Positions 12,566 to 25,577 of a DNA stretch of 64,000 bases are shown here, piece after piece. The stretch is taken from positions 139,812,001 to 139,876,000 of the forward strand of contig CM059432.1 of assembly GCA_030390025.1 (NCBI GenBank), given 5' to 3'. Position 1 is the first letter of the stretch, and every line of letters begins with the position of its first letter. A model generated the notes under the pieces. It was not told the origin of the DNA, ran no database searches, and was given only the letters and a program-made list of their open reading frames with translations. Both the position numbers and the translations under genes were made by a program. Source of the DNA: Squalus acanthias. Lineage: Eukaryota.

Positions 12566-12852
12566 CTAGGGACCATAAATATAAGAAAGTCACCAATAAA
12601 TCCAAAAGAGATTTCAGGAGAAACTTCTTTCCCCAGTTAGAATGTGGAACTCACCTACCACAGGAGTAGTTGAGGCGGATAGCATGGTTGCATTTAACAG
12701 GGTGCTAGATAAGCACATGAAGGAGAGAGGAATAGAAGGATATGCTGATAGGGTGAGATGAAGTGGGGTGGGAGCAGGCTTGTCTGCAGCATAAATGCCA
12801 GCATGGACCAGTTAGGCCGAATGGCCTGTTTCTGTGCTGTAAATTCTATGTA
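12566..12852 (+). mobile_element. CR1 LINE 3'-end fragment
   Basis: KTRDHKYK..RRNFF coding; GGCCGAATGGCCTGTTTCTGTGCTGTAAATTCTATG end. Confidence 0.85.
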
Positions 12853-13811
12853 ACTGCTAGAATATCCATCCATGCATGAGGCTGTGAGCACTTGGGAGAA
12901 TGGAAGGGTCTGAAGTACTCAGGATGGGGTGGGCTGAGCTACAAAGAGTGGCTGCCACATTCTGGAGCAGAGAATGCAAAGATCTGGGCCAAGTCGAGTA
13001 CGAAAGACATCATGAAAGAAACTGACAGCACATGTGCAGAGCAGAGCAGAACACTGAGGGGCTTGGGAGATCACACATGCGAGGAAGCAAAAATATCAGC
13101 ATCTGTGGTCTGGTTGAACAGTTCAAGGTTCACAAACGTAAAGAAAAAAAGACTTTAGATAGCGTCTTTCATAAGCTCAAGATGTCCCAAAGCGCTATTT
13201 TGGTGGGGGATGGGGGTAGAAGAGAAAACAAGCATTGTAGCACCAAGCACTTCAGTGACTAAGTAAGGGCAGGGAGAAAATAAGCTTAAATTTATTTAAA
13301 GAGTGTGGTGATGGTCAGAAAGAGCAAGAACCACTGAAATTGTAATCCTTCACCTCACTTCTCTTAGCAAAGAATTCACAGTGCATTGTACAGATGCAAT
13401 AGAAAGCAAAACTGTTCCCTTGCTGTGAAACTCCTGTGATGTCTCATATTATGATACACATTTTCCACCAATGCTCTACAGCGTTAAGTTTTCAAACTCA
13501 GACTCTCGGGGGTTGCACAAAGGGGTTACAGGGAATCCAAGCACCCATCAGACTTTGATTCACCATCGGTCACCTGACATCTTTCTTTGCTGCCTTGCCA
13601 GCATATTGTCCCTGTTGCCGTAAACTAATTTTAAATTTTTCTTTATGATGTTAAGTACAGTTTTCCTTTGGTTATCTGACACAGTCTTTTAGAGGTTAGG
13701 ACATGGGGAGTCCCCTAGCAGCGTATCACTATTTGCAACAGACACCTCACAGAGAAAAGTTTAAGATCCATGCTGTAAGAGAAATCAAGCATACTGTTCG
13801 GTAGACTTTTA

Positions 13812-14243
13812 AGAACATAAGAAATATGAGCATGAATAGCCCGGCCCCTCGAGCGTGCTCCGCCATTCAATAAGATCATTGCCGATCTTCAACCTCAACT
13901 CCACCTTCCCGCACTGTCCCCATATCTCTTGATTCCCTTAGTACACAAAAATCTATCTATCTCAGCCTTGAATATACTCAACGACTGAGCATCCACAGCC
14001 CTCTGGGGAAGAGAATTCCAAAGATTCACAACCCTCCGAGTGAAGAAATTTCTCCTCATCTCAGTCCTAAATGGCCGACCCCTTATTCTGTGACTGTGAC
14101 CCCTGGTTCTAGACTCCCCAGCCAGGGGAAACATCCTCCCTGCATCTACCCTGTCAAGCCCTGTCAGAATTTTATATGTTTCAATGAGATCACCTCTCAT
14201 TCTTCTAAACTCTAGGGAATATAGGCCTAGTCTACTCAATCTT
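13812..14243 (-). mobile_element. CR1 LINE 3'-end fragment
   Basis: ORF 13895-14239 SRLGLYSLEFRRMRGDLIETYKIL..RTRGH..WNSLP. Confidence 0.92.
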
Positions 14244-14410
14244 TAAAAAGCTCTTACGTGAATAACGGCCTCTTAGGTGCCAGAGGACAACCAGAGCCCA
14301 TAAAATGATATCGCCAGCAAGGAGTCAATTAGGATTGGAGGAGGAAAAGAGATAAAATTGATAAGAACACTTATGCTGCAGCTCCCTTGATGGCTCCAGT
14401 AGGTAAACAT

Positions 14411-14630
14411 ACAACAACAACTTGCATTTATATAGCACCTTTAAATGTAGTAAAATGCCCCAAGGTGCTTCACAGGGGGTAGAGAGACGGTGAGGATTAG
14501 GCAGGGAATTCCAGAGCTTACGGCCTTGGTAGCTGAAGGCACGGCCGCCAATGGTGGAGCGATTAAAATCGGGGATGCTCAAGAGGCCAGAATTGGAGGA
14601 GCACGGAGATCTCAGAGGGTTGTGGGGCTG
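14411..14630 (-). mobile_element. L2 LINE 3'-end fragment
   Basis: RSTIGGRAFSYQGRKLWNSLP coding and (CAA)n tail on the + strand. Confidence 0.85.
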
Positions 14631-14800
14631 GTGTGTAACTGAGCCATACAGATAGACCAAAAGGTCCCAAGTTAATCTTTTCCTTTGCCAAGTTAACCAA
14701 CCTCAGCTGAATGGCAGAAGGCGTGCTACAATTGGCCTCAGCCATTCTAGGCTTGGGAGGGGGAAAAATCAGCTGGATTTCCACTCCTGGTGGCTGTCCA
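14631..14800 (+). mobile_element. SINE-like interspersed repeat; related copies at about 35240-35560 (+), 56725-56890 (-), 61010-61370 (-), 62440-62835 (-)
   Basis: Shared motifs CTGAGCCATA..CCAGGAAGGT, GCTACAATTGGCCTCAG and GGAGGGGAAAAATCAGC across the copies. Confidence 0.6.
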
Positions 14801-15713
14801 GCAATCTTTGTACTCAAATGCTCATAAAATGTACCTTCAGGTAGAGGAGACGAGAGAAAAATGGTTGAAAAGGAGGGTTAAAAAGAATGGCTGGCAGGGT
14901 AAGATAAGCTGCTAACCATCTTCATTTGTCAGTATCAGTAAATGAAGTCTCATCTCCCACATCAGATAGAAAACTACAAACAACTGGATTCTACAGCCAG
15001 TACATTTACACCCTGCTCCAGGTTAATGAAAATGTAACCTAGAATTCGCAAATAGGTTCATGAATGTGATTAGCACGGCGAGAATTAAAAATAAAACGCC
15101 AATGAATAATGTGAACAGGTGTAAAGAGAGAGAAGGGGTGGGAGAAGAATTAACAAGGAGAGGGGTCAGGAACAAAACTATCAAATTAAAAACTACTCCA
15201 AAAACAGAACATTTTTTTTAAAAAGGGGGAAAAATTAAAGTAAAAGGAAACAAAGAAAGCATCTCACAAACAGCAGTATTGCCCACCATTATGCTTAACT
15301 GAAATCTTAGTGACAACCCCGTGTGTTCGTGGTAACTGGCAGAAAAGATTCCCAGTCTAATTTTAAGTCGGCAGATATTTTAAAAGCATAGAGCAACTAC
15401 AGTACATAGCTGTTTAAAAAAGTTACCAAAACAACCATTATACCCAAGACTCACGTACTGTTAAAACATATAAATCAGTTCTCTACATCCCCATTTTGAT
15501 ACAAAATCAAAAATGCATTTTTTTTAGTTTCATCACTGAGGCAGATACTCAAATAGTTTTACAATGGAAATTTAATTTGCATCATTTATTAAAAAAATAA
15601 GCAATCCAAACTTGGGTGTCAAAACTTTCAATTCAGAAAAAGTAGCATGAATATAAAAAGCAAAATAAAAAATATTATCACACCATCGTCAAACTGTACA
15701 TTGCCGCAGTTTG

Positions 15714-16044
15714 TCTCCTCCAGCCCCACAGCCCTCCGAGATCTCTGCGCTCCTCCAATTCTGGCCGCTTGAGCATTCCCGATTTTAATCGCTCCACCAT
15801 TGGCGGCCGTGCCTTCAGCTGCCGAGGCCCCAAGCTCTGGAATTCCCTCCCTAAACCTCTCCGCCTCTCTCTCCCCCTTTAAGACGCTCCTTAAAACCTA
15901 CCTCTTTGACCAAGCTTTTGGTCATCTGTCCTAATATCTTCTTATGAGGATCAGTGTCAAATCTTGTTTGATAATCGCTCCTGTGAAGCGCCTTGGGACG
16001 TTTTACTATGTTAAAGGTGCTAGATAAATACAAGTTGTTGTTGT
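15714..16044 (+). mobile_element. L2 LINE 3'-end fragment
   Basis: RSTIGGRAFSCRGPKLWNSLP..FKTLLKTYLF; L2 3'UTR; (GTT)n tail. Confidence 0.9.
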
Positions 16045-16699
16045 TTCCTTCACAGATCGCCAAGATGAAAAACCGTACCAATCATTTGACTAATACATTT
16101 CTGAGTTTCAATATGCATCTCAATACCAAACAACCAGAAGTTCCATTTCTCAAAATTAAGGAAATTCACATTCAGAAATATTACTAAAATATAAAAGTTC
16201 AAATATGGGCCACTAAAAACTCAAATAGGTTTACTGAGATGCTTACTTGCAACTAGCTCAGATTAAGTAGTATTCGTTTCAAATTCTGCCCAATGCTGGT
16301 TTTCAAGTACATCTTAATCCTTTATTTACTTTATTAGTTCTTCAAGGACCCCATTAATTCTTAAGCCTGAAAGTGGAATGATGCCTAAATATACAGAACA
16401 AAAAGCGGCTTTACCTGCTGGAGTGGAATACTCTGGACAAGAATGAGAAGATTAGATACACTATACAGCTAGGCTTGCAGACAAAGCTAATAAACCAGGA
16501 GAAAATCCACAAGTCAGGTCAAGGCTTGCAAAGATGACTCTTAAGTGACAAATACTGGCACTGACCGACAGCCTTAGGCTGGTTCCCTGGCTTGTTATGG
16601 ATGCTACCGTGGATAGTGAAGACAGGTACAAAGGCAACCATTTTTAAAGCAAAATTCTAGCTCAGCATAGGCACTGAAGTGTTGTGAATCAACAAGATA

Positions 16700-16972
16700 G
16701 ATTAAACTGAGATGAGGAGAAACTTCTTCACTCAGAGGGTAGTAAATCTATGGAATTTGCTACCTCAGAGAGCTGTGGAAGCTGCGACATTAAATAAATT
16801 TAAAACGGAGATAGACAGTTTCCTAGCTGATAAGGGAATTAAGGGTTATGGGGAGCGGGCAGGGAAGTGGACGTGAGTCTAGGTTCGGATCAGCCATGAT
16901 CCTACTGAATGGTGGAGCAGGCCTGAAGGGTCGTATGGCCTACTCCTGCTCCTACTTCTTATGTTCTTATGT
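16700..16972 (+). mobile_element. CR1 LINE 3'-end fragment
   Basis: EMRRNFFTQRVVNLWNLLP; (TTCTTATG)n tail. Confidence 0.88.
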
Positions 16973-17142
16973 TATATTACATTCGAACTCTGATTGCTCA
17001 AATGGCTACCATAGTCTTTTACTTTTCAGTATTGTGCTCTCTGTGACAAGGTGGGGAATCCTCAAAACAGCTTGCTTTTCGTATTGTGTCCATACATAGC
17101 TCCATTTAAGGACTGAAATGATGCAGATGAACTAAAATTTAA

Positions 17143-17882
17143 TCACAGAATAGTACAGCACAGAAGGAGACCATTCGGCCCATTGAGTCTGCGCCGGCTC
17201 TTTCGAACAGCAATCCAGTTAGTCCCACTGCCCCGCTCTTTCCCCATATCCCTGCAATTTTTTCTCCTTCATGTATTTATCCAATTCCCTTTTGAAGGCT
17301 ACTATTGAATCTGTATCCATCATCCTATCAGGCAGTGCATTCCAAATCCTAACCACTCGTTGCGTAAAGAAGTTTTGTCCTCATGTCGCCTCTGGTTCTT
17401 TTACCAATCACCTTAAATCTGTGCCCTCTGGTTATCGACCCTTCAGCCCTTGGAAACAGTTTCTCTATCTAAACCCTTCATGATTTTAAACACCTCCTAT
17501 CAAATCTCCTCTTGGCCTTCTCTGCTCTAAGGAGAACAACCCCAGCTTTTCCAGTCCATCCACGTAACTGTAATCCCTCATCCGTGGATCCATTCTAGTA
17601 AATCTCTTCTGTACCCTCTCCACAGCCTTCACGTCCTTCCTAAAATGTGGTGCCCAGAATTGGACACAATACTCCAGCTGGGGCCGAACTAGTGTTTTAT
17701 ATAGGTTTAGCATAACTTCCTGACTTTTGTACTCTGAGCCTCTATTTATAAAGCCCAGGATCCCACGAGCTTTATTAACTGCTTTGTTAACCTGTCCTGC
17801 CACCTTCAAAGATTTGTGCACAAACAATCCCAGGTCTCTCTGTTCTTATACCCCCTTTAAAATTGTATCATTTAGCTTGTAT
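17143..17882 (-). mobile_element. CR1 LINE 3' fragment
   Basis: ORF 17486-17827 LYKTLVRPQLEYCVQFWAP. Confidence 0.9.
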
Positions 17883-18597
17883 TCCTTTAGCTTCTGCTAA
17901 GTTCTTCTACTACTTTGCGCAAGAAAAGAGCAAAGATTCAGTGGAGACCTGGAACTCTTAATAACAAGTACAATGGTAATATGTTTTGTCTACGTAGATT
18001 CATAACCTTCAGAGGATCCACTTATTCAAATGTCAGCCTTCACTGATACTCAACTTCACCTGCTCTCCTTGGAGTAAATTGCACCAGTTTGGCAGACAGA
18101 TAGTGTCCCTTACACCAACCAATCCCACCCAACATAGTACAGAAGTGGGCCATTCGGTCAATTGTGTCCGTGCCACCTCTTTGTTAGAGCAATCCAAAAC
18201 TAATCTCACTGCCCTGCATCTTTCTTTACTTCAAATATTTATCCAATTTTATCTTAAAAGCAATGGTCTCTTCCTCAATCACTCAATGTAGCATAGCATT
18301 ACATGCTACAACAACCCTATGTGTGAAGGAATTTCCCCTAATCTCTCTCCGCACTCACAGTGATAAGTGTATACTCCCATTTCTTGTTTCTTCTCCTAAA
18401 AATATATTAATCACACTTATCCACATTAAATTGCATCTCACCTGTCTATGTTTCCTTGAAGTCTGGTCATTTTTTAATAATATATATTCTCCTGTGCCAT
18501 GTCGTGATATAAAACCAACATCACTGTAGTTCAAACGAGTTGGTGAAATAGCACCATTTCAATTTGCATGTTTAGATCAAGGGGAGCTTGCTGTCTA

Positions 18598-20320
18598 TAA
18601 GAGCATAAGAAGTAGGAGCAGGAGTCGGCCATACGGCCCTTCGAGCCTGCTCCACCATTCAATAAGATCATGGCTGATCTTCGACCTCAACTCCACTTTC
18701 CTGCCTGATCTCCATATCCCTTGATCCCCCTAGAGTCCAAAAATCTATCTGTCACAGACTTAAATATATTCAATGATTCAGCATCCACAGCCCTTTGGGG
18801 TAGGGAATTCCAAAGATTCACAACCGTCTGAGTGAAGAAATTCCACCCTACCTCAGTCTTAAATGGCCGACCCTTTATCCTGAAACTATGCCCCCTAGTT
18901 CTAGACTCTCCAGCCAGGGGAAACAACCTCTCAGCATCTATCCTGTCAATCCTCCTCAGAATCTTATACATTTCAATGACATCACCTCTCATTCTTCTAA
19001 ACTCCAGAGAATATAGGCCCAATCTACTCAATCTCTCCTCAGAGGACAACCCTCTCATCCCAGGAATCAATCTAGTGAACCTTCATTGCACCACCTCGAA
19101 GGCAAGTATATCCTTCCTCAGATAAGGAGACCAAAACTGTGCACAATACTCCAAGTGAGGTCTCACCAAAGCCCTGTACAATTGTAGCAAAAATTCCTTA
19201 CTTTTGTTCTTTATTCCCCTTGCAATAAAGGCCAACATGCATTTGCCTCCCTAATTGCTTGCTGTACTTGCATGCTAACTTCCTGTACGAGGACACCTAA
19301 ATCTCTCTGAACACCAACATTTAATAGTTTCTCACCATTTAAAAAATATTCTGTTTTTCTATTCTTCCTACCAAAGTGAATAACCTCACATTTCCCCACA
19401 TTTTACTCCATCTACCACCTTTTGCCCACTCACTTAACCTGTCTATATCCCTTTGCAGGCTCTTTGTGTCCTCCTCACAGCTTACTTTCCCACCTAGCTT
19501 TGTATCATCAGCAAACTTGGATACATTACACTCAATCCCTTCATTTAACTCATTAATATAAATTGTAAATAGCTGAGGCCCAAGCACTGATCCTTGCGGC
19601 ACCCCACTACTTACAGCCTGCCAACCGGAAAATGACCCATTTATCCCTACTCTGTTTTCTGTCCGTTAACCAATCCTCTATCTATGCTAATATATTATCC
19701 CCAACCCCATGAGCCCTTATTTTGCGTAAAAACCTTTTATGTGGCACCTTATCGAATGCCTTTGGAAATCCAAATATACTACATCCACTGGTTCCCCTTT
19801 ATCTACCCTGCTACTTACATCCTCAAAAAACTCTAATAATTTTGTTAAACACGATTTCCCTTCCATAAAACCATGTTGACTCTGCCTAATCATATTATGA
19901 TTTTCTAAATGTCATGTTATCACTTCCTTAATAATGGATTCCTGACAACTGATGTCAGGCTAACTGGCCTGTAGTTCCCGGTTTTCTCTCTCCCTCCTTT
20001 CTTGAATAGTGGGGTTATATTTGCTACCTTCCAATCCGCTGGGACCGTTCTAGAATCTAAGGAATTTTGGAAGATCACAACCAATGCATCCACTAACTCT
20101 GCAGCCACCTCTTTTAGAACCCTAGGATGTAGGCCATCAGGTCCAGGAGATTTATCGGCTTTTAGTTCCATTCGTTTCTCAAGTACTATTTCTCTACTGA
20201 TCTTAATTACTTTAAGTTCCTCACTCTCATTAGTTCCTTGCTTCCCCACTATTTTTGGTATGCTTTCTGTGTCTTCTACTGTGAAGACAGATACAAAATA
20301 TTTGTTTAAAGTCTCTGCTA
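18598..20320 (-). mobile_element. 5'-truncated CR1 LINE with RT domain (frameshifted)
   Basis: [39 protein letters not shown] and the CR1 3'UTR. Confidence 0.95.
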
Positions 20321-20731
20321 TCCATCAGGGTCTGCAGCCAAAATGTTTTCTGTTTTTAATGTTTGGTGCTTGCCACGTCTGTGATGACACCAACCAACCT
20401 GTAAATGGAAAAATGCCTTACCACAAAGATGAGTTACTACATTGTAACACATTTCAACCTATGCACATCCAACATATGTCAACATTCAACCAAACACAAT
20501 ACATCCTAATTTGTTTGAATTGCAGTCCGAGATTCAGACAAGCTTACCTTGTGGTGTGGAAAGTCTTCTTCCTTCTCCCTCATATGTCCATCCACACAAG
20601 AGTTATATAAACTTTAAGTACTGAGCCACACGGTTGTCAACTTTAGGAGTCCATATTCTTTGCAGCAAACATGAAACTACATCGTTTATTAATACTCTGA
20701 TATTCTGCTTCTGCCTTACACAATGTTAAAT

Positions 20732-22580
20732 CAGTTTACGCCGATGACGTGCTCCTCATGGTCACCGATCCCGTTGACTTGCGGAGGATGCGCGAGTGCC
20801 AGCAGGTTTACTCGGGCGCATCCTCCGCCAAGATCAACTGGGAGAAACGTTCCGGACTCCTGGTGGGTCAGTGGCGGGTGGACTTCCCACTGGAGGGGCT
20901 CTGGCCTTTTTGCCTGGAGCACCACTCATCACCTCTACTTGGGAGTCTACCTCAGCCCTGCCGAGGACGCCTGGCCGGCGAACTGGCAATCAAAGTCACT
21001 GCTCGATAAGGGTGCTGGACAGGACTGCTCCGAGTGCTGTCCTATAGGGGTCGAGCGCTGGTCATAAATCAACTGGTGGCTGCTATGCTGTGGTACCGGT
21101 TGGTCACTTTGATCCCTCCCCCCTGCGTTTGTCGGCAAGATACAGAAGAAGCTCATCGACTTCTTCTGGGACAAAAGGAAGCATTGGGTCTCTGCCGCGG
21201 TTCTGAGTCTCCCGCTCAGGGAGGGCGGTCAGGCGCTGGTGTGCCTTCGCACCCAGGCTGCGACTTTTTGTCTTTGGACCCTGCAGAGATACCTGTACGT
21301 CGAGGATCCTCCCAGATGGCGTGCGCTGGCGACGTATTTCTTCTGCCAGCTGCATGGCCTCAATTATGACACGCAGCTCCTGTTTGTAAAACTGGGGTGT
21401 ACCCGTGCCTGCTTGCGGGAGCTGCCTGTCTTCTACCAGGAATTGCTATGGGTCTGGAACAAAGTTGCCTGCAGACGGAGTTCTCTCCCGTCAGGAGTGG
21501 CAGCTGTCCTTCGGGAGCTGCTGCTCGTGAATCCGCACCTCCACGAATGCGGGTTCATGTGGTTGGTGGAGGGCAGAGCTGTGTCTGGAAAGGTGAACAG
21601 AGTCAGGGACCTACTTGATGGCGGAGGAGCGGGATGGATGGCGCCGGGGGAGCTGGCACAGCGCCTGTCCTGGGCCGGCGTCCGGCTCGCGGCCAAAGCC
21701 ATCGAGTCGCTGAAAGTGGCACTGGGCCCTGACTCCACTAGGTGTATCGAGGAGGCTCAAGCACGTGGGACGACCCCGTCCGAACTGACCCCCGCTCGGA
21801 CGGAATTCCTCATCGGCGCCCGGACCCGAAACCCCTCGGGAGCTGGCGCCTCACAACTTGAGCCGTCGCCGGGAAATGCCCTCCGTGCCTTTTCATTCTG
21901 CGCGGAGGGGTTCCCTGTACAGGCTGCTCTGGCACACCCTCCATTTTGCCATCCTCGTCTGCCGTCCGGACACGCCTTGGCGCACCATCTTGTCATCCGG
22001 ATGAGGCGGGGTTCCCTAATGGAGGGCTCTCTACGCGGGAGTCCACCCTTTATCTACTGGGGACTTGGCCTGGAGGGTATTGCACAGAGCAGTCCCGCGC
22101 AATAAAGTTTTAAGTAGGTTCACGGACTACCAGGCCGCCTGCCTTTTCTGCGGCCTGGAGGAGTCCGTGTTCCATGTTTATATGGAGTGTGAGAGGTTGC
22201 AGACCCATCTCCATTATTTGAAGGGGCTGCTCCTCGATTTTTGGCTGCACTTCAGTCCCACGTTCTTGATCTTTGGTCACCCGGTGAGGAGGGGAGCGGG
22301 CAGGTCGGGGGACCTCCTCGTAGGACTGCTCCTGGGCCTGGCCAAGGTGGTCATCAACTGGTCCAGGCAGCGGGAGGTCGAGGGGGTCATTCGGCCCGAC
22401 TGCCTGCCTCTCTTCCACGGCCACGTTCGCGCCTGGGTGGCCCTGGAGATGGGAGCACGCGGTGTCCGCCGGCACGCTGAAGGCCTTCCGCGACCGGTGG
22501 GCGCCGCGGGGACTGGAGTGCATCATCACCCCGGCCAACGAAATTTTAATTTAATTTGTTAAGTTTTATTTAAAGTTATT
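20732..22580 (+). mobile_element. 5'-truncated Tx1/L1-clade LINE ORF2 remnant
   Basis: YADDV at about 20737, YLGVYL, LSYRGRALVINQL, GGQAL, zinc-binding CLFCGLEESVFHVYMEC; GC/CpG-rich, AT-rich tail. A second degraded 3' piece lies at about 22975-23140. Confidence 0.9.
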
Positions 22581-23354
22581 TTAGTTACAATCTATTTGTT
22601 TATGTACCCATCAGAAGAGTACACCAGACTTTTAAAGAAGGAAAGAAAAAATATCTTCAATCTTGCACCAAACTTTCTCATTCAAAATAATACTTGTATG
22701 TGACAACTTTCAAAAGCAGAATTATGACAAAATAGGAAAACAATGTTGTGGTTAGCTACAGGGGGTGATTTTCATAACTTAACCATAAAGATCCACCACA
22801 AGAATTGCGGCAAATATGCAGAAAGCTTTGTGAATAGCTGTAACTAACTAGTCATGCAAAACCCGTCTAGACACTACTAACCAAACATGATTTTTTTTTT
22901 AAATAAAAAGGTGATTGTTCAAATGGTGATTCATTTCTTAAAAATTTAAATTGGTGTACAAGCAAGATCAAACAGCCTCAAAACACTGCACTCAGGCCTT
23001 CTGCCACCGGTGGGCAATGCAGGGACTGGAGTTGACAATAGTAATAACATTATTATTTTAAGATTTATAACTTTCCTTAGGTTTTGTGATTAAGGTCTTT
23101 ATTAGTTGAGCCCCTTTAAAAAAAAAATGGGGGCACTTTTTGGTTTTCGGTTGTCAACCCAGTGTCTCCTTATGGGTTACTTTAGAAGAGAAAAACATTG
23201 CATTTTTATGACCAAGTAATGAAACACTCGGGGGACAAAAAAATCCAAATGAGGTCCAGGTGCAAACGGGCACATTATCTCCCTGGGGATCACAAGCGCT
23301 TGCTTACTGCCCAAAGTGTTAACGACGGCCCTTGACGTCTTCCTGCCAACCACC

Positions 23355-23673
23355 TTCCCGCGCACTCCACCCTATGGCCAATCAAATCCCGCGCTCTCCA
23401 ACCCCCACCCCCCCCCCCTCCATGGCCAATCAAATCATGGTTCAACAAAAAGAGGACCCCCCCCCCCCGTGGCCAATCAAATCCCACGCATAGCCACGCA
23501 AATCCCGCGCCCTCCACCCCATGGCCAATCAAATCCGGCGCCCTCCACCCCATGGCCAATCAAATCCCACGCCCTCCACCGCATAGCCAATCAAATCCCG
23601 CGCACTCCACCCCCATGGCCAATCAGATCCCGCGCAATCCGCCACGAGGCCAAGTTTCAAATCCCGCGCGCGG
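23355..23673. promoter_or_regulatory. CpG-rich promoter with tandem CCAAT (NF-Y) / E2F-CDE / CHR units
   Basis: Seven GCCAATCA boxes (CCAAT at 23378, 23426, 23473, 23525, 23556, 23587, 23619), most followed by AATCCCGCGC or a variant; perfect CHR TTCAAA at 23656-23661; E2F-like TTCCCGCGC near 23355. Confidence 0.7.
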
Positions 23674-23944
23674 CGACTCCCAGTAACAGTCATTCCGAAG
23701 GGAATGAAGTCAAACTGTCAGAAACCCGTGTCCCCGCACGTAAATTAATGCATCATAAAAATGTGGCAAGTTTAGAAATAACCTATTTAAACGGTGCTGT
23801 ACCACGCCAAGAGCCGCGAGATAGGCTGTAGCCTTCGCCAAGGACACGCGGGACGTTTGTATGGGGGAAAGGAAAAAAAATCACCGGTAGGGTCAGTTTA
23901 TTTTAAATTAAAAGGGATTTACAGAAGCTTGGTCCCTCACTCAC

Positions 23945-24020
23945 TCGGCGAGGTGCAGGCCAATGGATTCTTCATCTTGAAGATGGACGGTGTTTTCCCC
24001 CGTTAGTGCCGCGAGCCTCC
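23945..24020 (-). other. Candidate first exon
   Basis: CpG-rich; donor CCGA|gtgagt at 23945; possible ATG at 23975 (MKNPLACTSP). Confidence 0.3.
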
Positions 24021-24029
24021 CCAAACTCA

Positions 24030-25440
24030 TCCCAACCTCCTTGACCCAACCTCACCCCACCAACCCCCTTCCCCAACCCCTAACACAACCAGCACCTTAA
24101 CCCCAACCAACCCCCTTACCTTTATCCCTAACCACCAACCCCCTTACCACCAACCAACCCCTACCCACCCACCCCCTCACCCCCAACCAACCCACCCCCT
24201 TACCCCCCCAACCCACCCACCCCCTCACCCCCAACCCACCCCCTCACCCCCAACCCACCCACCCCCTTACCCCCCAACCCACCCACCCCCTTACCCCCAA
24301 CCCACCCACCCCCCTTACCCCCAACCCACCCACCCCCTTACCCCCCAACCCACCCACCCCCTTACCCCCAACCCACCAACCCCCTTACCCCCCAACCAAC
24401 CCACCCCCTCACCCCCAACCCACCCACCCCCTCACCCCCAACCCACCCACCCCCTCACCCCCAACCCACCCACCCCCTTACCCCCCAACCCACCCACCCC
24501 CTTGCCCCCCAACCCACCCACCCCCTTACCCCCCAACCCACCCACCCCCTTACCCCCCAACCCACCCACCCCCTTACCCCCCAACCCACCCACCCCCTTA
24601 CCCCCCAACCCACCCACCCCCTTACCCCCAACCCACCAACCCCCTTACCCCCCAACCAACCCACCCCCTCACCCCCAACCCACCCACCCCCTCACCCCCA
24701 ACCCACCCACCCCCTTACCCCCAACCCACCCACCCCCTTACCCCCCAACCCACCCACCCTTACCCCCAACCCACCCACCCCCTTACCCCAACCCACCCAC
24801 CCCCTCACCCCAACCCACCCACCCCCTTACCCCCCAACCCACCCACCCCTACCCCCCAACCCCCTCCCCCAACCCACCCACCCCCCACCCCAACCCACCC
24901 ACCCCCACCCCAACCCACCCACCCCCTCACCCCCAACCCACCCACCCCCTCACCCCCAACCCACCCACCCCCTCACCCCCAACCCACCCACCCCTCACCC
25001 CCAACCCACCCACCCCCTCACCCCCAACCCACCCACCCCTCACCCCAACCCACCCACCCCCTCACCCCCAACCCACCCACCCCCTCACCCCCAACCCACC
25101 CACCCCTCACCCCCAACCCACCCACCCCCTCACCCCCAACCCACCCACCCCCTCACCCCCAACCCACCCACCCCCTTACCCCCAACCCACCCACCCCCTT
25201 ACCCCCCAACCAACCCACCCCCTCACCCCCCAACCAACCCACCCCCTTACCCCCCAACCAACCCACCCCCTTACCCCCCCAACCAACCCACCCCCTTACC
25301 CCCCCAACCAACCCACCCCCTACCCCCCAACCCACCCACCCCCTACCCCCCAACCAACCCACCCCCTTACCCCCCCAACCAACCCACCCCCTTACCCCCC
25401 CAACCAACCCACCCCCTTACCCCCCAACCAACCAACCTAC
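24030..25440. repeat. C-rich/G-rich minisatellite, unit about 21-24 bp (CCCCCAACCCACCCACCCCCTYA)
   Basis: About 1.4 kb with almost no G on the + strand; the minus strand reads as repeated GGGTGGGTGGGTTGGGGG. Confidence 0.97.
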
Positions 25441-25577
25441 CAATGTTCCCCTTAAGGTGCGTGGCTGCGCATCAATCGGGAGGTCCTGTGCGGGTGGCTC
25501 ACAAGCTGTTGCCGCTGGAAGATACTGCGTAGCAAATTTAATGGGGCGCGCACAAAAAGAAATTAGAGGTAACATTG
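25441..25577. mobile_element. hAT-type MITE (137 bp)
   Basis: TIRs CAATGTTCCCCTTAA / TTAGAGGTAACATTG; same family as 47688-47817; TSD unclear. Confidence 0.75.

Noticed and set aside
13479..13775. Possible hAT/Charlie-like MITE
   Set aside because: Very degenerate TIR similarity and no TSD.
18550..18570. TAGCACCATTTC resembling the miR-29 5' end
   Set aside because: It diverges after 11 nt and has no supporting precursor hairpin.
20548..20715. Minus-strand coding exon ending at AAG|gtaagc
   Set aside because: Stops in all frames; only a short MREKEEDFPHHK start is possible and I cannot support it.
23374..23670. CRISPR-like repeat array
   Set aside because: Eukaryotic context; spacers are short and similar to each other; no cas genes.
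24502..25455. 317-aa proline-rich ORF and antisense Gly/Trp-rich ORFs
   Set aside because: A by-product of the C-rich minisatellite; starts at TTG, with no splice context or unique coding signal.
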